Source: the human T2T-CHM13v2.0 reference genome, Homo sapiens. Taken from it: a DNA stretch of 64,000 nucleotides. Positions 26,424 to 41,485 of the stretch are shown here, one piece after another. The notes below the pieces were generated by a model. The model was given only the letters and a program-made list of their open reading frames with translations. It was not told the origin of the DNA and did no database searches. The stretch's first letter is position 1. Every line of letters starts with the position of its first letter. The DNA lies in assembly GCF_009914755.1 (NCBI RefSeq), contig NC_060929.1. One strand, written 5' to 3'. Made by a program: the position numbers and the translations under genes.

Positions 26424-29400
26424 ACCTAATATATATTTTGCTCTTTTCAGCAGTATAATGGCTTTCAACGCTAGGCATTTCGTGTTAATGATGCTAGTAG
26501 TTTGGTATTTCATACTTTTACGAAACTTTTTCACAACTATGAACTTGTGTGGTTATCAGAGCAGCTAGACTGAGTTCTCAGAGGCACCAGGGGCCCTTCT
26601 GAGGCCTCCCAGCAGCCCTGATGAGGCTTGTCATTGGAAAATTGTTTAGTAGCTGAACAAATGAATAAACGTAGAACCTCCAAAAGAGACAGGACACGGG
26701 ACATTATGTATTTTGCAAGTGAAGAAACTAAGGCTCAAATAGGTCAAGACTGGCTCTTTATAGCTTATAAGTAGCAGTACCGATGCTCCAACCTCAGGCT
26801 TCCAACTTTGCATCTCCAAGTGACTGAAGTTAGTTCTTAGGGTGAGGAGGCGTTTTGAAGCTCTGTAGCAGACAGATTTGAGCGTTCCTCCCTCCCCCAT
26901 CATATTTCAAATTCTACAACGAGGTTTGAATTTGTGTGGAATGACACTCCTACTCTGGTGGGGCAGAGAATCCCATGCACTTTGCACAGCCTCACCTGGG
27001 AGCCTCCCTCCTGCACTGGCTGCAGGCCCTCTGTCCACAGGACATCTTCCCCTCGAGGAGCCTCCGTTGGGTTGGTCGTGTGGGAAACCATGCAGGGAGC
27101 TGTTCCAGGAGATGGAAACACTTGCTTCTCATCCCCTGCGAGTGAAAGGAAGCAGCCCCAAAGGCTGGAGCAGGAGTGCGGGCGAGATGCAAGGCAGGGC
27201 TTATTGAAAATGGTCTCCCGGTTGTGAGACTGATGAAGTTAGAACCATCTATGCCTGCCCGCCCCACCCCTACCATTCCCTGGGGGCGCTGGGCTCCAGC
27301 TATCCACCTGGAGCTGGTGAGGTGTGGCCAGAGTGCAGAGAGGCGCATCGGCTGAGGGGTTGGCATGCCCCTGTTGGGAGGCCAACGGATGGGCAGTGTA
27401 AAGGAAGGGCAGGGAGGTCTGAGTGCGGAAAGCCTGGACCACAGGAATGTGCCTAGCCTCCCTGGGGACCAGACAGAAGCAGATGAGGGCTTTGTGGTCC
27501 ACAAATTCCTCCAGCCCCAGCCCTCGACTTGGAAAAGACGTGCTCCAGATGTCTCTCCCCATGCAGTGCCCTCTCTGCCCTGTTCCACAGTCCTGGCCCA
27601 TCCTCCAGAGATGTCCTGCAATCTATTCAGTGTGGCGCCCGCTGGAAGCTCCACCCACCATATCGGGCTTGCAGTGGAAGCCAACAGCAGTGAGGCTGCT
27701 CAGGGCATGTGCAGTTTGGTGGGTATGGGGTCCAGGGTGTATTACCTTCCCTTGAACCTTCACCCACACTTTGACTTAGGTGCCCTGGCTGCAAAAAGCA
27801 GGTGGACAAAGTTCATAATTGTTAGTGCTACTTAACACTGAGCATTTCCTATTCCAGGCACTCTTCTAAATGCTTTACAGGCATTACATCATTCAACCTC
27901 CAGCCCGACCCTGGGAGACAGGAAGGCCATTATTATCCTATTCTATAGATGGAGCAAAGGAAGCACAAAATGGCCAAGTACTTGCCCAAAGTCACTGGTG
28001 AGTGGAAGAGCCCTATGGCCCTGTGCAGAGCAGTAAGAAGACCTGTGCAAAGGTGACACACAGACCATTCTGTTCAGTGCCCTGGGCTCAGGCCTGGGGT
28101 CTTTGGGCAATGACATGGAGAAAGGATGCTGAGGGCAGACTGCTGAGTCGGAGCTTCACCCTGTAACAAAGGGGAGTCTCTGGAGGGGAGGAAAGAATCT
28201 GCCCCATGGTTCAGGTAAGCATTTCTGGGGCCGCATTGGAGAGGCAGGAGACAGGAGGCCTGGAGGCCCCAAGAAGGCTATTGCAGCAGGGCAAATATGA
28301 GGAGGTGAGGGCTGAACTGGGGCAGAGATAGTGAGGCTGATGAGCCACTTCGAAAAAAACAGCAGAGGTGCAATGGATAGAATTTGGCTGCTGATTTGAT
28401 ATTTACAATGGGTTCCTTGTCTAGGCTGGGGTTTCTGGTGCAGAAGGGGCACATTTCTGTCTCTTCCCTGCATAAGCTGTGAGTCACTATAGCAGGGGAT
28501 GAAGTGAGTGGGGACTTCATTCAGGTTTCTGGGGTTTGACCCAGTGGCCCCAGTCCTAGTCAGGGTGGTACAGCTCTCCCCAGCAAGCCTGATGACAGTG
28601 GGTGTGCCTTGTGCCTTGGGATGGCTTCTGTTGACTTTAGTGGCCTTTCCCACCCCACCCCTTTCCCAGCATTGCCCCTTTGTGGGCTATTACAGACACT
28701 TGTAGCTGCTGGGTGAAATGCTGCCCAGGAGCGGGTTGGGAGGCTGTGACCGGTCAGAGGTGACTTCACCTTACTGGACGCTCCAAAGCCCCAAGAAATG
28801 AATGGGATGTTTGGGCACTAGAGTGTTGGCATGCCAAAGGGCATTTGCAGGAGAAAACAAATTTCTTAAACTACTAATCCGTCAGCTCTATGCTAATGCC
28901 TCCTGAAAGAAAACCTTCAACTTGGATAACACTGCCTTTTCTCTCTTAGAACCACTTGTGCCTATAATTAGGCAGCAGTGCCTCATTAAAGCCATTTCCT
29001 GTATTATAAAACTGAAGACCTGGCTTGACCAAGGTGTGGCTTTCTGAGGCTAAAATCAGCTTGACATGCCTGTGCTGTGATGTAATCCTGTTTCTCTGGG
29101 CTGTGGGGCTCCACTTTGTATTTCCTGGCTTTTACTTGGAATAAGTAGGTTCCTGTGAGATTTGATTGTTTAATTTCTAGCACTAATAACTGCCAGTTAT
29201 CCAGAAGTGCAGTTTCCAAGGGTTTCAAGGCTTTGTGGTACCTGCAGCTTGGACCCCTTGTCACCTGGTGGTGTATTCCTACATTGTGAAAAATTCTCAC
29301 TGTTGACAAAGCATTTTGGCCGAACTATCCTCCTTTCCTCAAGATGGAGGCTGCTTCCTACAGGAAAAAGTGAACCTCATGCTTACCTGGTCTGGGACAG

Positions 29401-30600
29401 CCAGCAGGATCACCATCAGGGAAGAGAAGCAAAACTTAGCACAATTACTGAGAAAACTGGGAGAGAACTGCTCCACTCCACCACCCGCTCCACTGTGCAC
29501 ATGGCTGCTGCATTGGCTTAGACAGTTGGGTTTTTTATCAATACATTTATATGGGCCAGCAGGTGCATGGTAATCTGGGTTTCAAGAAGAGGGTGAGCCT
29601 ATTGCTGACTTATGCTCTCTGAGAATCTCTTGGGCTTCCCAAGAGATTGGGGTAGATAAATCTCCTCAGAGGGACCAGACATTCTCTGCTCTCACTGCGG
29701 ATCATTTCCTGCACCTTAGTGTGAATGAGTTTGCCTCTTCTCCACCTCCCTTAGTAGATGTCTGGCCTTGTTTCCTCTTCAAGAGGTTTCAGGCATCTGT
29801 CAGCCAGTATCAGGTAAAGAAAGGACTCTTGTCCAACAAGGAGTCTTCCAAATAAAAAGGCAGTCCCTGATTCTATCTATGTAAAAGGTCGATTAGGGCA
29901 AGGCGTTGGGTCTGAAGCCTTAAATTACAAACATAGGATTTGGGTTGTGGAAAGCTCTGGACTAGGAAGGATGGCCTTTGAGACCACTCATCCCCAGCTC
30001 CGGCCAGCATAGCCTTCCCTCCATAGCAGCATCTCTCAGCCTTTTTTCTTTATTGCTCCTGAAGGAGCCTATTTAGAAATGTTTCCCCTAATCACTCCTT
30101 CCCATAAAATTTTAATACAACAACAACATTGTATACCGGTTTATGTACTATGGGCCTTGGGAGGGCATAACCATTATAATAGCTAAGATTTTTTTTGCAA
30201 CCCCCAAGCATGATGTTTTGTCCTGTTGGGGCTAATCTCACCCTCCTTGAGAAAGTGTGTCTGCTAGCATATCCCTGATCAGTAGCTGTCCACCTTCGGG
30301 CAGATGTCGCTAGCATCAGGGAGCTCACTACCTGCTCTTCCTCAGGGCAGCCAGGTCCATTCACAGGTGGCCAGCTCTGGCAAGAAACTCGTCTCCTGCA
30401 GGTCCTGCCCACTGGTCCTCTTTCTGCTTCTTGCGGTCACAGACAGCACATTGCCTACTCCCTCTGCCCTGTCAACCCATGAGCAGATTGTGAGAAATCG
30501 CCACAGGCCACATCTGTGCCCTGCTTGAAGGTATCACTCCAGGCTGTCTTGTACCAGGGCCCGTCCACCCCAGAGCAGATGCTGAGATCTTTGTGGGCAA

Positions 30601-31042
30601 TGTGGTGGACCGAATTTGCCCCCAAAAGATATGGAATCCTAACCCCAGTACCTGTGAATGGAACTTTATTTGGAAATAAGATCTTTGCAGATGTAATTAG
30701 TTAAAATTGGTTACATTGGATCAGGGTGGATTCTAACTCCAATAACTGGTGTCCTTTTATTAGAGAAAGGAGAGGGAGACTCAAACATGGCTACACAACG
30801 CACAGGGAAAAGTGTCGCATGATGGGGGATGCACAGGTTGGTGTAGATACAAGCCAAGAACTCCAAGGCTGCTGGGAGCCATCAGAAGTGGGATGAGAAA
30901 AGGGAGGGCTCTTCCCAAGACCTTGAGAGGGAGCACAGCCCTGCTGATCCCACGATTTGATTTCGGACTTCTTGCCTTCAGAACTGAGAGAATACAGTTC
31001 TGTTCTTTGAATATTGTCAGTTCTGGTCCTTTGCTGCAGCAG
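30601..31042 (+). mobile_element. MLT1 (MaLR) solo LTR
   Basis: tgtggtggaccgaatttgccccc...tttatttggaaataagatctttgcagatgtaattagttaa...cagaactgagagaata; similar to 15342-15803. Confidence 0.82.
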
Positions 31043-31142
31043 ATCTAAGAAATGAATATGAACAGGTAAAAGGAACGTCAGGTAAACGGCGTCTCTCCTC
31101 TCTGCTTGTCTCTCAGCATATGGCCACGTAAGTCAAATTTAA

Positions 31143-31376
<234 letters not shown>

Positions 31377-31844
31377 TGAGGGGTGAGGGAAGCTGAGTCC
31401 CCTTGGCTCCCCAGCAGGCTTTACTTCATGGAACCCTGTGGAAACTTTGCTGCCTCTATCCTTGATGAAAAGTAATAGCCGGGCACTAGGCTCACATGAC
31501 AAAGCCTTTTCCTTGCATCAAGCCTGTGAGTCACTGGTGAGGACTGTGGTAAAGATGTGACATAGCTCATCTCAAACCACGTAGGTTGCAACAATCTGGG
31601 AAGAATCTCTCTCTTTGAGGATCACCTTGTTAATCTCTTTGCACCTCATCTGTTTCTTCTGTAAAATGGGAATAACAGTAATATGGATCTCTATGCTGAA
31701 ATGAGAATTATAGAAGAATTTAGCACCATGACTGTCACACAGTAATAATGAATATAAACGTGTTTTTTATTATTATGATGATTCTAATTGTAAAAAGAGA
31801 AATCCCTTTATTAAAAAGAACAGCCTTGGAATAGTACCCAGCAA

Positions 31845-32345
31845 TTAAAAGAACAAACTCTTCATACATCCAACAACTTGAATGAACCTCCAGAGAATTA
31901 TGCTGCCTGAAGAAAAACCAATCCCCAAGGGTTACTTACTGTATGATTCCATTTATGTAATGTTTTTCAAGTGATGAAATCTTAGAGCACAGATGAGTAG
32001 TTGCCAGAGGTGAGGGGTGGGAGGGAAGTGGATGTGGTTATCAAAGGGCAAGGGGGGCCCTGTGGCTTTGGAGCTGCCCTGTGTCTTGACTGTAGTTGTG
32101 AGTACAAAAAACTATATGTGTGATAGAACTATTGAACACACACATAAATGAGTACAACTGGGGAGGTTTGAAGATCGGTGGATTGCATGAACAAGATTAT
32201 CCTGGTTGTGATTTTATACCATAGTTTTACAAGATGTTATCACTGAGGAAAACTGGGTAAAGGGTACACAGGATTTCTCTGTGTTATTCCTTACAAGTGC
32301 ATGTGAATCTGCAATTATCTCAAAATCAAACATTTAATTTAAAAG
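31845..32345 (+). mobile_element. L1MC-like 3' end
   Basis: tactgtatgattccatttat...ctgggtaaagggtaca...gcatgtgaatctgcaattatctcaaaat. Confidence 0.82.
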
Positions 32346-34197
32346 ATGGGCTAACTCTAAAAATAGAAATGTAAACACAGTAAGTTGAAGAGCCTGCGTT
32401 TACATTTTACAAATCCGGGATTTATTTTTCCCTTTGAGATTTTCCTAGAACCCACTCTCTCATTGCATTCAGTCAAATTGACTTGAAAGTTGTATGTTTG
32501 GGCCCACTAGTGTACCAGAGGCAGTAGGTGTGTATGGGTATGTGTCAGTGTCTCAGGAGTGGGCTGGGGATGCTGAGCAGGCATGCCGGAGAAGCAGAAG
32601 TTGGGGAGAAGCACAAAGAGTGGAATCCTGGCTTCCACCCCTCCCCATGGAGCCCAAGGGAAGGGATGCAGAGAGGTAGTGGGGGGACACCAGGAGAGAT
32701 GCTCCCTACACCAGGGAGGGAAGGCACCCTCATGCTGCTACATGAAGAGAGAGCCTGAAGAACCTTCACCCAGGGGATCTGAGCCCAGCCCTGCTCAGGA
32801 ATGTGTCCTGGAGTGTGGGACAGGAGAGGGAGGACTGGGAGTAAGGAGGAGAGTGCAGTGCTGTTTATGGCTGGTCCTGATTGCCAGCTGAGGGTATGGC
32901 CTCTCTCCCTGAGGTGGGCTGAGAAGGGGCTCGGATCAGCATCCCTGTGGATTGCATCTGCATTGACCCACTGCCCTCCTGCAGTCCAGCCCTGGAGGTG
33001 GCACCAACCACCTGCCCCTCGCTGCCATCTCCTGCAGTAGAGATGACACCACCTTCCACACTGACTTGGTGGGAGGTCACGGTGCAGAGGCACTGTCTAC
33101 CTGCGGGCAGGGCATGGCTGCAGTCCACCCAGCAAGGCTTTCTTTGAAGCAAGTTCTGAAGGGGCTTGTAGATGAGCTAGATCAGTAGTCTCCCCAAAAC
33201 CATTTATTTTGTAAGCCAAGTATAAGCCTTTCAGTATTCCATTTTTTCATTTAGTCAGCTAAAGGCTGAAAAACGCAGTAGCTCAAAGTCACTCCAGCTC
33301 CTGCTCATTGTAGCAGTGGAGCTCTTGACTATGGGGTGGGATTTCCCTCCAAGGGTTCTCTTCCATCCTGAGTGATTCAGTTGACTCAGACCCATTCTTG
33401 GGTCCAGGGCAGCTGAGGTAAGACAGCTGCTGGGACCCACATGAGGGGTCTGTGTTGCCAGGGCCCGGAAGGGTGCTTTTGAAGCAAATGTGGAAGCCCC
33501 AGTTGGCACAGAAGCACTGGCTGGGCCCAGGCCCTTTGTGAAAGGAGGATGTGGAGTTGGTGGTGGGCACCAGGCCATGTGACACATGCAGCTGCCTCTA
33601 CTTAGGTGTCCTTCCACCTAAACTGTGCCACCCCTTTGGTGACCCAGCCAGCCTGTGTGACTCAGGACACACTTAGGAGTCAGGAGTAAAGTGACTTTTC
33701 ACGAGAATCAATGACCCTGTGAATCCAATGTTCACTGTCACTGATACTAAAGAACCATGGGTTCCCCAGAATGGGTTGATGCTGTGGCTCCCGATATCCA
33801 TCTGCCCCATGCATAGCCCAGCCCTGCAAAATCGTGGTGGATCCTGGTCACATGATCATCTCCCCCAATCCATTGCACGGAGAGACCAGGGTGAAAAAAA
33901 AGGGAAGAGAGGAACATAAGCCAGGCCTGGAAACCACTGAACAAAAATGGGGAGTGGAGCAGGGTGGTGTAGGGAAGGGAGAAGCGTGCACTTTGGAGTT
34001 CTCCTGGTGGTGGACGGGGATGGATGTGGTGGTGGAAGTCTCTGGCTGGACCTGGTAACCCTGGGTTCTGGCCCTCCCTCTGACACTGGCATGTGAAATC
34101 CTAGCATTCCTGAGTATATCAGGAACACAAATGATGCTTAAAGAATGGGGTGCTCTTAGGGTAGGTAGCAGAGGGAGACCTGGCTAGAGGGCTCTGA

Positions 34198-34698
<501 letters not shown>

Positions 34699-36548
34699 TC
34701 CCACTCACATTTTAACTGGAGTTGTTCCACTTGTGTCTCATTACACTTTGGGACCCATGTAAGATTCATTTCCAAAGGATTCCACAGCTGAAGCTGTGTA
34801 AAAGCTACCAGCTGGATGGTGTGAGCACTGTATAATTGAAATGGATCCCTGCTCTCCAAAAGCAAGCGTAAGAGCTGGGAGGGCTAGAGGGGGACAGTTC
34901 TGCAGGAGGAGGAGACTTCTCAAGGGGTGCAGGTGAAGGGGAGGAAGAGGGCAGCAGAGAACTGTGTGTCCACAGCAGGCTGCTGACAGCCCTGCTCACT
35001 GACTGGGAGGGTGCCAGAGCTCTGGGAAGGTGAACCCTGGCCACAGCCCAAGAAGGATGGGGTTGTGATGCCCTGGAATTCTTCTTTATTATAAGATGTG
35101 CTTTGGTGACAAACATGTTGCTGAAAACCAGAAATGATCCTCAGAGAGGCCACTGAGCCCAGGTATGTGGGGCCTGGGGCCCCCTCTCTGCTTCCCCAAG
35201 GCTGTTCCAAAGCAATCCTCAGAGTTTAGTCTAAAGGGCTCTCTGGACTCCATGTTGTTGTGAAATTGTATACTGTGGTTTTGCCGTTGTTGTCAACAAT
35301 ATCAGCAGGCTTAGGACAGAAATAATTTAAAATGAAGTATCTTCTGAATCTATGTAGAAACATGCTAACTGAGCAGCCATGGGTCAGGAATCTGTTCTCT
35401 TCTCTTTCTTCGAAATCTCTCACATTTACTTGTGCTTGCTCTATCTGAAAGCAGCACTTTGCCAGGCTGTTTGGGTGTTTGTCTCTCTGATGGTTCAACT
35501 ATCGGAGGTTCTATACTACCTGCCCCAAGCTTCTTACACTATTAGCAGCACTTTGGGCAAACTTCTAGGCAGTTTGATTGTGTAACCTGACTGGCTGAGG
35601 GACCTATGAATTTGTGTGTTTGTAGCAAAAGGTATTTGCCTGCGATTTTTATTTTCTTTCTCTTTTCAGACACCTTGCCACGTGTTTACATTTTTTATTA
35701 TGGTGAACAGGCAGGAACATGGTGTGGAACTGAATCTCATTCTGTCATCTACTGTGATGTGTGGCCTTGAATCTTAGGCAAGTTACTAGTCTCTTCGGAG
35801 ACTGTTTCCTCACTGCTGAAAGGGAATTACTAATGGTGCTTTCTTTACAGTATTATGAGGGTTGAATTGAATAACGCATGTAAAGCTTTCAGAACAGTGT
35901 CAGGCCTGTAGTGAGGTCTCATGATTGAAACAACAGCAGCAATGACCTCATCATTGTCCGGACAGTTAGGGGATCTTAGAGGGTGCTCTGGAATGCCAGC
36001 CTTGTCCTCCTTGTCCCTGGTGTCCGGTCAGGTTGACCTCAGCTCAGCTGTGATGGGCTCAGGCTTTTCATCTCATTTAGCTTTTCCCAGGCAGAGTCCA
36101 TAGGCCATCTAGAGGGAATGAAGCGCTCCATGCTGGCTGCCCATGAGGGGGTCACCCCCAGATAGGGCCAGACTACATGGCCTGATGTTCCTGCATGACC
36201 GCTTTGCTCACCACAGAGCCCCTGCCCCTCTTTGGAGAGGCCCGCATGGCTAGGTATCTTCTTGCTGAGGAAGGAGCCAGCCCCTGTGCACCCATACCTG
36301 AGGGCTCAAAGCTTCCTGACACAAGAGGCTTCCAGCAAGCTCAATTCCAAAGTCTGGCGCCCCAGACTATGTATTTGCTCTTAAGTCTTTTTAACTCCCC
36401 AGTGCACTGACAAGCTTGAAGACAAAGCCCAACAATGGGTTTTCATTGGCGAATCAATTCACTATTCTTTCAGCTACTAGAAATTTGCAAAAATCCCCAT
36501 TCAATGGGAGCTGAAACTATTCTGAATGGTATCCAGTGGAAGGGAGTC

Positions 36549-36557
36549 TGTCTCTCA

Positions 36558-36624
<67 letters not shown>
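36549..36624. repeat. Compound (TC)n(CA)n microsatellite
   Basis: Read directly; about 24 CA units. Confidence 0.97.
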
Positions 36625-36627
<3 letters not shown>

Positions 36628-38359
36628 GGGGAGGGGGACAGCTCTAGGGACGTCTGAGGTACATGCATTCCCCTGCAATCCCTTTTCTCTTTTTTTATTT
36701 AAAAAAGGCACAAACCATAGTATGACAACTGCAGTCCTCTTTTTTTTTTCACTAAAAAAAAAAAAAAGACACAAAACCACACTGTAAAACCATAACAGAA
36801 ATGTTGCTTTAATCACTCCTAATCCCATCACTGAAGCAAATCAACTGTTTTTAATCTTCCCTTCCAGGGCCTGCCTGTAAGCAGACATGTTTCTAAACAA
36901 CTGTAATCATAACACAGTTTTGCATTCTGTTTCTCCCTTATATCTTAACCCTTGCCCTGCAGTCTTCATAGGCATCGTTTTTAATGGCTCACTCAATTCC
37001 ATCAAGTGGGGCTTCTGGAATTTACTTATCAGCCGCCTAGCTGACTAGTACATCATTTCCTGGAAGAGCCCACATTAGCTGAGAAACAAACATCTAGGTG
37101 ATTTCTATAATTTCTCAATGCTATTGAGCTCTAGAAATACCTGGCCTTAAAAAGCTTCCTTGGGAAAGATACATTATTGACCCAAGACTGGAGCTCTTCT
37201 CTACTTATTTAAATAAGTGTCTTTGTTTTCTAAGGAGGCTCAAGCCCAGATCCCTTGCACACATGGTTTTGTCTTTTTCAGCAGCACAACCAGAGACTGT
37301 CCTTTTCAATGGCTTTTCTCAACGGGAATTCAATTTGTTCTCCATTATCATCACCACCATCATCATGATCATTTTTCTAAGAGCTGCCATTTATTGAGCG
37401 TTTTCCCTGTGCCAGGCACTCTAAATATTATTTTTGCATCATTATTTTGTTTAATGCCATTAGTTGCCACTGTTATTGTCCTCAGTTACAAATGAGGAAA
37501 CTGAGGCTCAAGATGTTGAAGTGGCTTGTTCAAAGTCTAATGGCTCTTAAATGTCAGAGGCTGCCTGCCTCATCTCATCCCATACCTCCTTGGAGCCCCC
37601 TCAGGTAGGCGTGAGCCCCTGCGCCACCCAGCTCCTCGAGTGAGGGCCTTTCCTGCAGGGTAGAGTTTGGTCTAAAGCTCGCAAGATGGGCTGCTAAGCC
37701 CAAGGTGCCTTCCCCACAGTGCGTCTCTCTTTGGGTAGAAAAGCCAGCCTTCCTCCACCCCACAGGAACCCTGGACAGGACAGTGTGTGCCTGGCTGACA
37801 TGGGGACTTAGAGGCCTGTGTCTGGCAGAAGTTGGGGCCCAGAGACAGGAAAAGCCTTGCCTAAGGTCACAGGGTGAGTCATTGGCCCTGATAGGCTATA
37901 ACCTTGGTCTCTTGACCTATGACCAGGGTTCTGTTCTCCTCGTTGGGAGATGATTTCAACAGACTGCATTTGAAATGGAAGGAGAGGCTTTAGAGTTGGC
38001 CAATAGCTCTGCCCTTGGAACAGGCTGGTGCCATCATGTAACCAGACAGCCCATGGCAGAAACTGGAAAGAAGGCAGTGACTGGTGCCCAGTGTGGTGAA
38101 CAGAGGTGGAGAAACAGCACAGACTCGGGTGTGTGAGGAACACAGAACAGGGCCCAGCCCAGCCTTGGCTACTGGCCTGCCTGGTCAGGCTTATCACAAG
38201 AGCTCCTGCCAAAGGGATTTCCTAAAAGGAAAAGGCTTTTTGCTCTTTTGAGTCTTCCACAAGTAGTAAAAATCCTGAGAGGGACCTTCGTGATGACCAT
38301 ACCTTTCCTGGGCAGAAGCAGAGACTGCTACAGGAACAGAGACAGCTTTTGCTACTGAT

Positions 38360-38700
38360 TCTTTCAACAGGTATTTATTGAAGCTTTCTGTGTCAGATAA
38401 TGGGGTTAACTGAGGGAATAAGACAGACAAGCTTTCTATCTTTATGAAACATCTATCTTAGCACGGATCATAAGCTAGTCAACAAGCAAGATACTTCCTG
38501 AAGACAAGTGATGTGAAGGAGACAGTCTAGGAGGTGTGGAAGAGACTGTGACTGGAGTGGGGGCTGGTGGAGTGGTCAGGGATGGCCCTTCTGAGGAAGT
38601 GCAGATCTGGGGCAGAGCACTCAGGCAGGGGAAACAGCACGTGCAAAGGCCCTGAGGTGGGAAACAGCTAGGCAAGTTTCAGGAACAGAAAGGAGGGTGA
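38360..38700 (-). mobile_element. L2 fragment
   Basis: ttcaacaggtatttattga...aacagcacgtgcaaaggccctgagg. Confidence 0.72.
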
Positions 38701-39444
38701 AGGGACAGATTTTATTCTAGGTTCAGCATTAGTGCCATTTAGAGTAAGAGGATTCCTAACCTGCATCTCTCAAATGGCCTCCCTCTCCTTCCTCAAGTTA
38801 CCTGTTTGGGCTGTATTCCTCCTTTGCCTCTATAGTCATTACTGTTTCCCTCTTGTGGGCTCCTGTGTTGGCACACAGCAGTCAGAGGTGTTAGCTGTAG
38901 CTCTAGGGCAAGCAGTAACTGTTCTAAATGTCATGCTCCCTCCAAACTTTCAGACCTCTCCGTCTGATGGCATGTTTACATCTCAGATAGCTGTGTCCTC
39001 ATCAGAGGCAGTTAACAGATCAAAATAGCATTTCTTGGACCTTGCAAAGTGACAAATCATGTTATGTTTACCTTAGGAACGCTAGGGTTTTCAAAAAAAA
39101 AAAACTCCACTGTGGTTATTTAATTGGAGAAAGCTACCCTTGTTAATGGCTCTTAGTTAAACACACCATTAATGCCAGGGGAGACAGCACTGACAAGCTG
39201 CGCCTACTCATTGGCTGGTTGCTGATGGACACTGACAGACTCGAGGATCTCCCCGTGAAGAGACAGTGTAACTGTTGTGGGGTTGATCCAGGTGTGCACC
39301 ACACTTACGACTATAGCCAGAGTCTGGCCCTACCAGGCCAGCAGTGCCTGAGTGCACACTGGAGGCCTCTGATGAAGCCCCAGCAGTGTAGCAGCAGGGC
39401 CATGTCTGCCAGTTTTCTGGGGACAGTCTCATGCTATGTCCTTT

Positions 39445-41160
39445 TTATTTTAATTAAGCTTTTAATTTTGAGATCATTGTAGGTTCACATGCAGTTGTAA
39501 GAAGTAATACAGAATCTACGTACCCTTTACCCAGTTTCTTCCAATGGTAACATCTTGCAAAAGTATAGTACAATATCACAATCAGAATATTGACCTCCAT
39601 ACAGTCAAATGGAGACATTTCCATTTCCATAATCACAAGGATCCCTCATGTTGCCCTTTTTGGCCTCACCTACCTCCCTCTTGCCTCCATTCCTTCTTAA
39701 CCATTTGCAGCCATGAAACTGTTCTCCATGTCTGTAATTTTGTCATTTCACGAATGTTGCATAAATGGAATCCTGTGGTATGTAACTCTTTGGATTGGCT
39801 TTTCTTACTCAGCGTAATGCTCTGGAACTCCATCCAGGTTGTTGCATGTGTCAATAGTGTGTTCCTTTTTATTGCTGAGTAGCACTCCATGGTGTGCGTG
39901 TACCACAGTCTGTTTAACCGTTCACCCACTGAAGGACATCTGGGTTATGTCCAGTTTTTGGCTACTATGAATAAAGTTGCTATAAATATTCATGTACATA
40001 TTTTGGTGTGAACATCTTCATTTCTCTAGAATAAATGCCCAGAAGTGCAGTTGCTGGGTTCTCTGGTAGTTGCATATTTGGTTTTTTGAGAAACTGTTTC
40101 CCAGAGTGGTTGTCCTATTTTATATTTTCACCAGCAATGTATGAGTGATCCAGTTTCTATAGATCCTCGGCAGCATTTGGTGTCACTATTTTCAGTTTTA
40201 GCCTTTCTGACAGGTGTGTAGTGATATCTCTTTGTGATTTTAATTTGCATTTCCCCAATGGCTAAAGACGTTGAACATCTTTTCATGTGTGTATTGGTCA
40301 TCTGTATATCCTCTTTGGAGAAATGGGTCTTCTTGTCTTTTGTCCATTTTTAAATTGAATTTTTTTTTACTGTTTTTTACATATATAGCCACAGGCTATA
40401 TATATATATATATATATACGTGTGTATAGTAAAAATAATATAGATATATATGTATGTGTGATAGTAAAAAAAATACTCTAAAATACATATATATGTATGT
40501 ACACACACACAGAGTCTAAATTCTAGTCTTTTGTCAGATATGTGGTTTGCAAATATTTTCTCCTGCTCTATAGCTTGCTTTTTAATCCTCCTAGCAGGGT
40601 CTTTTTCGGAGCAAAAGTTTTTAATTTTGATGAAGTCCAATTTATCAGTTTTTCCTTTTAATGATCGTGCTTTTGATGTCAAGTTGAAGGACTCTGCCTA
40701 ACCCTAGGAAAGATTTTCTCCTATTTTTTTTTCTAAAAGTTTTATAGTGTTTCGTTTTACACTTAGGTTTATGAGCCATTTTTAGTTAATTTACATATAA
40801 AGAGTGAGATTTGGGTCAAGGGTTTTTTTGGCTCATATATTGTCAATTGTTCCAACATCATTTATTGAAAAGACTATCTTCTCTCTGTTGATCTGTGTTT
40901 GTAGTTTTATCAAAAGTCAGTTGGACATATTTGTGTGAGTCCCATTTTTGGGTTCCCTTTTCTATTTCATTGTGTGTCTCTCGGCCAATACCACAGTCTT
41001 GATTGCTGTAGCTATAAAAGTAAGTCTTGAAATCAGGGAGAGTGATTCTTTCCATTTTATTTTAGCAATTCCAGTTTCTTGTTTCTTTGCCGTTCCAAAT
41101 TTTAGAATAATCTTGCCTATATCTACAAAATAATTTGCTGGGATTTTGATAGAAATTTTG
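39445..41160 (-). mobile_element. L1MC-like fragment (3' UTR plus ORF2 end) with internal (TA)n low-complexity expansion
   Basis: Reverse complement of the same 3' motif as 31845-32345. ORF track fragments DKLDFIKIKNFCS and ITLPDFKTY are L1 ORF2-like. Confidence 0.88.
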
Positions 41161-41187
41161 TGTTCTGTCTTTTAAGGGAACGTGGCT

Positions 41188-41485
41188 GGCCGTGCACGGT
41201 GGCTCACACCTGTAAACCCAGCACTTTGGGAGGCCGAGGCAGGTGGATCACCTGAGGTCAGGAGTTTTGAGACCAGCCTGGCCAACCTGGTGAAACCCCA
41301 TCTCTACTAAAATACAACAATTAGCTGGGCATGGTGGTGGGCGCCTGTAGTCCTAGCTACTCAGGAGGCTGAGGCACGAGAATAAGTGGCACCCAGGAGG
41401 CGGAGGTTGCAGTGGGCTGAGATCGCGCCACTGCACTCCAGCGTGGGTGACAGATCGAGACTCTGTCTCAAAAAAAAAAAAAAAA
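41188..41485 (+). mobile_element. AluS
   Basis: Dimer with poly(A) and TSD aa(c/t)gtggct. Confidence 0.95.

Noticed and set aside
26992-27835. Overlapping 230-aa and 156-aa ORFs on opposite strands
   Set aside because: GC-richer sequence is open in several frames; no recognisable protein similarity or exon structure.
32545-33152. Cluster of ORFs up to 182 aa
   Set aside because: Multiple overlapping frames in G-rich sequence with no homology recognised.
40370-40515. AT-rich quasi-palindromic insert
   Set aside because: A low-complexity (TA)n expansion within an old L1; self-complementarity follows from its composition.
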